Below are positions 62,226 to 64,000 of a DNA stretch of 64,000 nt, piece after piece. The DNA lies in assembly GCA_963843145.1 (NCBI GenBank), contig CAWJJC010000010.1:160001-224000 (forward strand), written 5' to 3'. The notes under the pieces are model-generated. The model saw nothing but the letters and a program-made list of their open reading frames with translations, was not told the origin of the DNA and searched no databases. Position numbers and translations under genes: made by a program. Source of the DNA: an uncultured delta proteobacterium. Its GTDB lineage: Bacteria; Desulfobacterota; RBG-13-43-22. Positions within the stretch are counted from its first letter, which is position 1. Each line of letters begins with the position of its first letter.

Positions 62226-62310
62226 CATCATCCCCAAAGGCCTTAATCGGGGATCCAATGTTCCTTAAGAAAAGCCTGGATTCCCGCTTAGAAATGCTGC
62301 GGGAATGATG
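62226..62310. repeat. Family C element
   Basis: CATCATCCCC..GGGGATCC..GGATTCCCGC..GCGGGAATGATG. Confidence 0.75.
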
Positions 62311-62359
62311 ATTTATTATGTTGTTCCTATTTTGAGATCATTTATGATCCCTACGGTTT

Positions 62360-64000
62360 TTACCACCCGCCGCCGCCTCCACCGCCTCCTCCCCCCCGGA
62401 CGACCCACCGCCTCCGGAACCCGACGAAGCCGAAGAGCTGGCCACGGCGCTCGATAGAGATTCCCCCAAGGTGGAGGCCAAGGCCCCCGCGCTGAAGGCG
62501 CTCACTGAACGACTGGAATACCAGTCCGGGGATCGGCCTTCCGCCGCCGCGGAGGAGAGGATCTCCGAAAATTGTTCGGCCCAGCGTTGCTCCACCCCCA
62601 GGGCCAGGGCGTAAGGTAAAAATTTTTCGAAAAGTTCCGGGGTCTTTTCCGGGGAATTCAGGTAATTGAGCCGGTCTTTTTCGGCGGCCTCCAGAAAGAC
62701 CCGAAATCCCTCGATCTCGTCCAGCCGCATCCGTCCCAGGGAGGTTACGGCCTTCAAAAGCTGGTAGAAGACCAAAGTGATGCCCACCGAAACGACATAA
62801 AGAACGGCCAGGGGGACCGAAGTGGCTTGAAAGGCCAGGACATACAGTCCCAGGACTTCCCCTCCGACGAAGGGCAGGGCAAACAGCGTCAGGAAAACTG
62901 TTCCGATTAATTTTCCGATTTTTCCGGGACCTCTGACCACCTCCAGCCAGGATTTGGCCAACGTCACCATTAGGAGGGCCACCCCGATACTCCAGACAGT
63001 CAGCCAGATGGAAATAAAAGAGAACAGGGGAAGACTGCCCTGATCCAGGGCCTCACGAATTCCGGAGAGGACCACCACCCCCAGTGTCAGGAGCAACCCG
63101 ATGCCAAAGTACCAGCGATTATGAACGAAATAGCTCTTTTCATACCCGTATTCCAGGTTTCGCTTCAGGGCGGAAACGGCACTTTGGATAATGGTCCGAT
63201 TGGCCGGAATAAAAACCACTTCCTGCCGTTGATTGAAGAGGGCCCCGTAGACCTTCTCTTCGTCTGGGGACGCCGGGGCCTTCTTCTCTCCATCCCGCTT
63301 CCGGGCCGAATATTGGCCGAACGTTTCTTTGATCGTCAGGTACCCCTTGACCGCCAGGTTAATGAGCGCGGCCGTAAAGGCCGGATCGTCATACCTCTGG
63401 TTCCAGACATAGCGCAGGGCCGCCGGACTCATTCCACCGGGCGGGGCATAGCGGGTGACAATGATGCCCTTTTCCGGGTCTTTCCCCACCCGAACCCAGA
63501 CGATAAGATAATAAACCAGGATGGCCAGGATCCCGGCCAGACCGAAGACGAAACCCCGATTATCGGAGGTGATGGCCCAAACCCCGGTCGGCTCCGTTGC
63601 CGTCACATAGCCTTTGGGCCAGGAAACGGCAATGGTCAGGCCCTCATTCAAGGCCAGGGGCCTGGTGGTAAAAAAGCGCACGGTGCCGGCCGACGGATCA
63701 ACTTCTTTTTCAAAATCCAGGCCCCGGGCACCCTTCGGGCCGGTGTAACCGGCCGTGGATATGATTTCCCCCCCGCTCCCCTCCGGCAGATGCACCGTGG
63801 CCGAGACCTGATCGATGGGGAATTTCCAGTCGTTACCGGTAACGTTCCAGTAAAGCTCATCAAACTCCGGGAATAAGCCGAGCTGCCGATCGGTCTCATA
63901 AACAAAGGTATAGGTATATTCCCCGGGGGGCAGAAGTACCTCTTTTCGGCCGAAATAGACCCGCTTCCCTATGGAAATTCCCTCGAAATGAAACGACTCG
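62360..64000 (-). CDS. DUF2207-family membrane protein (5' end outside the window; frameshift in the terminal G-run at ~62395)
   Basis: ELYWNVTG, YTG..G, WPKG, LAVKGY, FEKFLPYA.ALGV..WA..F; GGGGGW-stop in the shifted frame ends at 62360. Confidence 0.88.

Noticed and set aside
9318-62400. Frameshifts (~11815, ~12935, ~42527, ~43320-43415, ~44330, ~47170, ~55150, ~62395) as programmed frameshifting or true pseudogenes
   Set aside because: They are scattered single-base indels in unrelated genes with otherwise intact motifs, several in homopolymers, so sequencing or consensus error is the simplest explanation; raw reads are needed to be sure.

Overview
GC-rich bacterial chromosome segment; the gene content suggests a strictly anaerobic Desulfobacterota/'Deltaproteobacteria'-like organism (inference). 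Most of it is CoA-dependent acid and aromatic metabolism plus transport: a UbiD decarboxylase inside an ECF transporter operon, acyl-CoA ligases, a large dehydratase-activase, a molybdopterin oxidoreductase, two IclR regulators, TRAP and LIV-type ABC transporters, and a four-gene BzdNOPQ/2-hydroxyacyl-CoA-dehydratase-like cluster. Intergenic DNA holds at least three families of structured repeats and several truncated gene remnants. Several long genes have single-base frameshifts that look like long-read consensus errors. The outstanding feature (41551-44595, downstream of lemA) is a predicted exported, membrane-anchored protein with a signal peptide, FOUR tandem intein-like Hint domains, a Gly/Ser linker, a TM helix and two Tim44-like domains. 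Each Hint keeps Cys1, TxxH and a terminal His-Asn, and they are separated only by K-G(1-3) micro-linkers. No rRNA, tRNA or CRISPR array was recognised.
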